Shown here piece by piece: positions 30,536-34,559 of a stretch of DNA of 34,559 nucleotides (the stretch's first letter is position 1; each line of letters opens with the position of its first letter). The stretch covers positions 1 through 34,559 of the forward strand of contig MRSU01005907.1 of NCBI GenBank assembly GCA_008369845.1, read 5' to 3'. This DNA is from Trichomonas gallinae. Its lineage: Eukaryota. The translations under genes and the position numbers were made by a program. Under the pieces are notes generated by a model. It was not told where the DNA came from. It made no database searches and saw only the letters and a list, made by a program, of their open reading frames with translations.

Positions 30536-33500
30536 ATGTCATCAATAAGAATCGCATACAGTATATATGAAGTTCTGGGATATGGAACTAGCTACAATTA
30601 CAGCTATACGTGCAGAGATCGTAGAGAAAATATATCTGTAGTCAAAATTCGTAATGGTATTACTCATATTGGCTCATTTAGTTTTGCCTTTTGTCGTGAT
30701 TTAACAAAAGTTGAATTACCTTCAACACTAGTGAGTATCGGATCACAAGCATTTTATTATTCATCTCTAAGAGAAATTACTTTACCTGATAATATAAAAT
30801 ATATACATACTGCTTTTGCTGATTCTGTAATAACCAACGTTACTATTCCTAAAACATGGACTACAATCCCATATGAAGCATTTGCTGGCCATAGGTCATT
30901 GGTAAATGTATTTAATTTTGCTGGTGTTGTAAACATTGGCGAATCTGCATTTTCTGGGTGCAAAAATCTAAAATATTTTGATGATTTTTCCAATGTAAGA
31001 TACTTCTACAAGGATTGTTTTTCATATTGTGGCTTTCATAATTTCACCATACCCAACAACACTATAATGATTGCAGAAGGTGTTTTTAGAGGTTGTTCAG
31101 ATCTTGAAAGTTGTTACATCCCTCTACATTTTGATCATATTCCTGATTATATGTTTTCTAATTGCATCAAGTTTAAGCTTGCAAATTTTGATCATTATAT
31201 TGGGTTTGGAAAATATTGCTTGCATAATACAAATATGACGAATGTAACAATAAGAGCTAATTATAGCTATGATGTCGGTGCTTTTTATGAGTGTCGCAAA
31301 TTGACTAATATCACAATAGAAGAAAACGTCAATTCGCTACCAGATTATATATTCGGACGTACAAATATATCAGCAATAGTTATTCCAGAAACAGTTGACA
31401 ATCTTGGTGATGGAGTATTTTATCAATGTATATATCTTTCTGATGTTCAATTTCCAATGCACATGACGGAAATCAGTCAAAACTTGTTCAATGGTTGTCA
31501 CTCACTTGAATATATTGTTATCCCTCCAGTAGTTACATTTTTTGGACCATATTGTTTTTATGAATGCCCGTTAATAAATATTACGCTTTGTCCTGAATGC
31601 TGGTATGTGGGAAACTATTCTTTCGTATGGTCAAAAAATACTACAATTCTCATACCTGAAATACTAGATTATATTGGTCATGGTGCATTTTCTAATTGTT
31701 CTATGCTTCGTGTTTTCAATTTGTCATTGAAAAAGAATTTCATTATTCGAAGTAATACATTCAAGTTCTGTCCAAATTTCACAACGATTATAAATAGGAA
31801 TGCAATTAAAAAGTATATGTCTGCATGCTTTTCATATTGCACATCTCTTACAGATAACCATCTAACTGAAAGAATAGATATGATAGCCGATCATCAATAC
31901 GATAATTGCTGGAATTTGACAGAATTCCACATTCCTTCATCTGTGAGATTTATTGGTGACTATGCATTATCTTATACTTCAATTATTAATATTACAGTCC
32001 CCTTCACTGTAAAAGAAATAGGAGAAGGCATTTTTGAGTTCTGTAGAGCATTGGTGTCTACTGAATTTGTTGCAGAAATCCCATATCTAAATTGGTACAC
32101 GTTCTCCTATTGCTCTTCTTTACGCGAGTTCATATTACCACCATCTGTAAAAGAACTTGGTGGATACTGTTTTAGAAACTGTACATCAATTGTTCATATT
32201 GAATTAACGAGTGTCAGAATCATTCATGATTATACTTTCACAAATTGTACAAGCCTACCAAACATTACATTTCTGGAAGGATTAAATTATATTAATGATT
32301 ATGCGCTGAGTGACTGTTCATCATTAGTGAATGCATCAATTCCTGATTCTCTATTAATGATTTTTGATTTTGCATTTTATAATTGTTTTTCGCTTTCGCA
32401 AATTAAATTATCTGAGAATTTGCACACCATTGGGAAACACTGCTTTTCAAATTGCACAAGTTTAAAAGAAGTTTTCATGCCACCAAATTTAGTTACAATG
32501 AAGAATTATTCATTTTCTAACACAGGTATTATATCATTGACAATTCCGAAGTGCGAAAAAATTCTCGAGTTTGCATTCACCAATTCTTCGCAGTTAATTT
32601 CAATTCAGCTCCCAGACAATTTAGAAGTTTTGGAGCAAAATGCATTTTCTTACTGTCCAAAACTTGAATCATTAATTATTCCACCATTACTTCAAGTTGT
32701 TTCACAGGATTTATGCCATTCATGCATAGGATTAATTCATATTTCTTTTCGAGGACGCTCTTTATTCATTGAAAATAATGCTTTTTATAATTGCACAAAT
32801 TTGTCAATTGTTGAATTCCCTCCAACTTTGGAAGCTATTCGCGCATATTCATTTTCATATTGCAAAGAATTACATGATTTATTTTTACCAAATTCTGTAA
32901 TTTATATTGGTCCTTATGCATTTTCAAACTCTGGAGTCCTCAATGTTAAATTTAACTCAACAAAACCATTATCAATAATGGAAGGTGCATTTTTGAATAC
33001 AATAATAGCTGTAATTTATTTACCTGACACTTTGACAACATTAGCTACCTCGACTTTTGAAGGCATCAAAGATCTTGTAAGAGTTCATCTTCCAAAATAT
33101 ATCACATCAATTGGAGATAAAGCATTTATGAACTGCGTAAGATTAGGCAAAGTGATTTGGCCATTAAACCTATCTTACATTGGAAATTCTGCATTTTATA
33201 ATACAAACATGGAAAAAGTTAACTTAACTTTCACGTCTATGATTATCATGCAGCCATATGCATTTGCAAACTGTGGAAGGCTGAGATACATGTTTCTTCC
33301 ATATGGTTTAAAGTCAATCGAGCCATATTGCTTCAGTAGATGCAACCATTTAATAGAGTTTATGGCTCCATCAACATTGATGAATATCAAAGGAGGAGCA
33401 TTTGATGAATGTCATAGTTTAGAAGTTGTGAAATTACATTCTAACATTACAATTATTGAAGACTATACATTCCAGAACTGCAAGATCCTTAAGCAATTAA

Positions 33501-33958
33501 TTTTACCTCCGAATGTTCATATTAAATCTAATGCATTCAAAGGTTGCTCAAATCTCAAATTCCTTGAAATCGGAATCAATTGTACAATTGATGCATATGC
33601 ATTCAGAGAATCATATAAAATTCAAGCCATAATCATTAAAGGCCCAGCAATAATATCCCAGACGGCGTTTAATAGTTTACCTAGCATGAAAACAATTTTA
33701 TATTATTGTGGTGATGAAGATATCCCTTATCTCCCAGAACTTAGTAGGGCAGCAAGTGAAACATATGTAAGGCAGAATTATACGAATGACACATTTCTAA
33801 ACAATAAAGCATTGAAAGAACTTGATAATGAAGAATGTATTCATTTCGAAGAATTGGAAATACCACTTGGATGCGAAGTTTTAATATCTTGTCTCTTATA
33901 TAATAGATACAACTTATATAGTTCTTATAACATATTATCATTGCTTTTGCAATTTTAA
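30536..33958 (+). CDS. BspA-like leucine-rich repeat (TpLRR/LRR_5) protein, 1140 aa
   Basis: Same TpLRR repeat pattern; the stop overlaps TAAA. Confidence 0.93.
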   Translation: MSSIRIAYSIYEVLGYGTSYNYSYTCRDRRENISVVKIRNGITHIGSFSFAFCRDLTKVELPSTLVSIGSQAFYYSSLREITLPDNIKYIHTAFADSVITNVTIPKTWTTIPYEAFAGHRSLVNVFNFAGVVNIGESAFSGCKNLKYFDDFSNVRYFYKDCFSYCGFHNFTIPNNTIMIAEGVFRGCSDLESCYIPLHFDHIPDYMFSNCIKFKLANFDHYIGFGKYCLHNTNMTNVTIRANYSYDVGAFYECRKLTNITIEENVNSLPDYIFGRTNISAIVIPETVDNLGDGVFYQCIYLSDVQFPMHMTEISQNLFNGCHSLEYIVIPPVVTFFGPYCFYECPLINITLCPECWYVGNYSFVWSKNTTILIPEILDYIGHGAFSNCSMLRVFNLSLKKNFIIRSNTFKFCPNFTTIINRNAIKKYMSACFSYCTSLTDNHLTERIDMIADHQYDNCWNLTEFHIPSSVRFIGDYALSYTSIINITVPFTVKEIGEGIFEFCRALVSTEFVAEIPYLNWYTFSYCSSLREFILPPSVKELGGYCFRNCTSIVHIELTSVRIIHDYTFTNCTSLPNITFLEGLNYINDYALSDCSSLVNASIPDSLLMIFDFAFYNCFSLSQIKLSENLHTIGKHCFSNCTSLKEVFMPPNLVTMKNYSFSNTGIISLTIPKCEKILEFAFTNSSQLISIQLPDNLEVLEQNAFSYCPKLESLIIPPLLQVVSQDLCHSCIGLIHISFRGRSLFIENNAFYNCTNLSIVEFPPTLEAIRAYSFSYCKELHDLFLPNSVIYIGPYAFSNSGVLNVKFNSTKPLSIMEGAFLNTIIAVIYLPDTLTTLATSTFEGIKDLVRVHLPKYITSIGDKAFMNCVRLGKVIWPLNLSYIGNSAFYNTNMEKVNLTFTSMIIMQPYAFANCGRLRYMFLPYGLKSIEPYCFSRCNHLIEFMAPSTLMNIKGGAFDECHSLEVVKLHSNITIIEDYTFQNCKILKQLILPPNVHIKSNAFKGCSNLKFLEIGINCTIDAYAFRESYKIQAIIIKGPAIISQTAFNSLPSMKTILYYCGDEDIPYLPELSRAASETYVRQNYTNDTFLNNKALKELDNEECIHFEELEIPLGCEVLISCLLYNRYNLYSSYNILSLLLQF

Positions 33959-34497
33959 AACTGTTTTCATATATTATTCCATCTGTTCTCATAGTTTAGA
34001 AGATGAGCACAGATCCATCGATAGATAGCTTTGTTTATAAATCAAAGCTCAAGTATATTTTACATGACTAATCAAATTCATCATAAAATTGATAATAAAA
34101 CACATGAAGATTCGATATCCAATTCTCGCGATAAACATGCAATCAGCGCGTTTTATAATATACAATGTTATTTGTATCAACTGTTGTTAACTGTGTGTGC
34201 ATTAAAAAACTAAATATCTAAAATTAATTTTGTTAACGATATATTGAACCTGGATTGAGTTGTATATATTTTTTACCTTATAATATACTGTGTTGCACAA
34301 ATATGAAATAGTTGATGAGACAGATGTATTTCTTTGATGTGTTGAACTTTAATCTTGACACTTTAGAGTTGACAACATTTTTTAATATAAACCTTTTAAT
34401 TTCACTGAAAATGTATTTGGAAAAACGAATATGAATGGATTCATTCCATTATTGGGACAGAAGATACAGCAATTAATGTAATACCATATACCTTTTT

Positions 34498-34530
34498 GGT
34501 CTCCAAAAGTGAGCTCGGTCTCCAAAAGTG
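34498..34530 (+). repeat. 14-bp direct repeat GGTCTCCAAAAGTG x2
   Basis: Exact copies at 34498-34511 and 34517-34530, followed by TTTTACCCTT twice. Confidence 0.85.
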
Positions 34531-34559
34531 TTTTTTTTACCCTTTTTACCCTTAGTTTT

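Noticed and set aside
1..34559. Alternative genetic code, rRNA/tRNA genes or CRISPR arrays
   Set aside because: TAA, TAG and TGA all terminate genes here, and no structural RNA genes or spaced arrays were recognised.

Overview
AT-rich, gene-dense, apparently intron-less eukaryotic DNA from a parabasalid, most likely Trichomonas vaginalis or a close relative. The assignment rests on a lineage-typical IBD transcription factor, a DUF3447-ankyrin protein, an R2R3 Myb protein, two BspA-like LRR genes, TCA(T/C)T(T/A) initiator elements and TAAA signals overlapping stop codons. The window holds about 17 protein genes: two ankyrin proteins, an FHA-RING E3 ligase, a CFAP119/CLAMP-like protein, an IBD factor, CC2D2A/MKS6, a Myb, an HMG-box protein, a Tim17-family protein, an NTF2-like protein, a RAD23-like protein, a Tubby-like protein, two BspA proteins and three hypotheticals. 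There is also an ENT transporter pseudogene and a possible transposon end at the right edge. The most striking observation is that three intact genes (FHA-RING, HMG-box, ankyrin), and possibly a fourth (Tubby-like), have no usable in-frame ATG. Instead their frames carry AAA-ATA, AAA-GTG or AAA-ATT near the 5' end, which suggests recurrent non-AUG initiation or an unrecognised way of joining a 5' exon. A repeated TGNCAYGTAA motif clusters upstream of two genes. All family calls come from motif recognition by eye; no searches were run.
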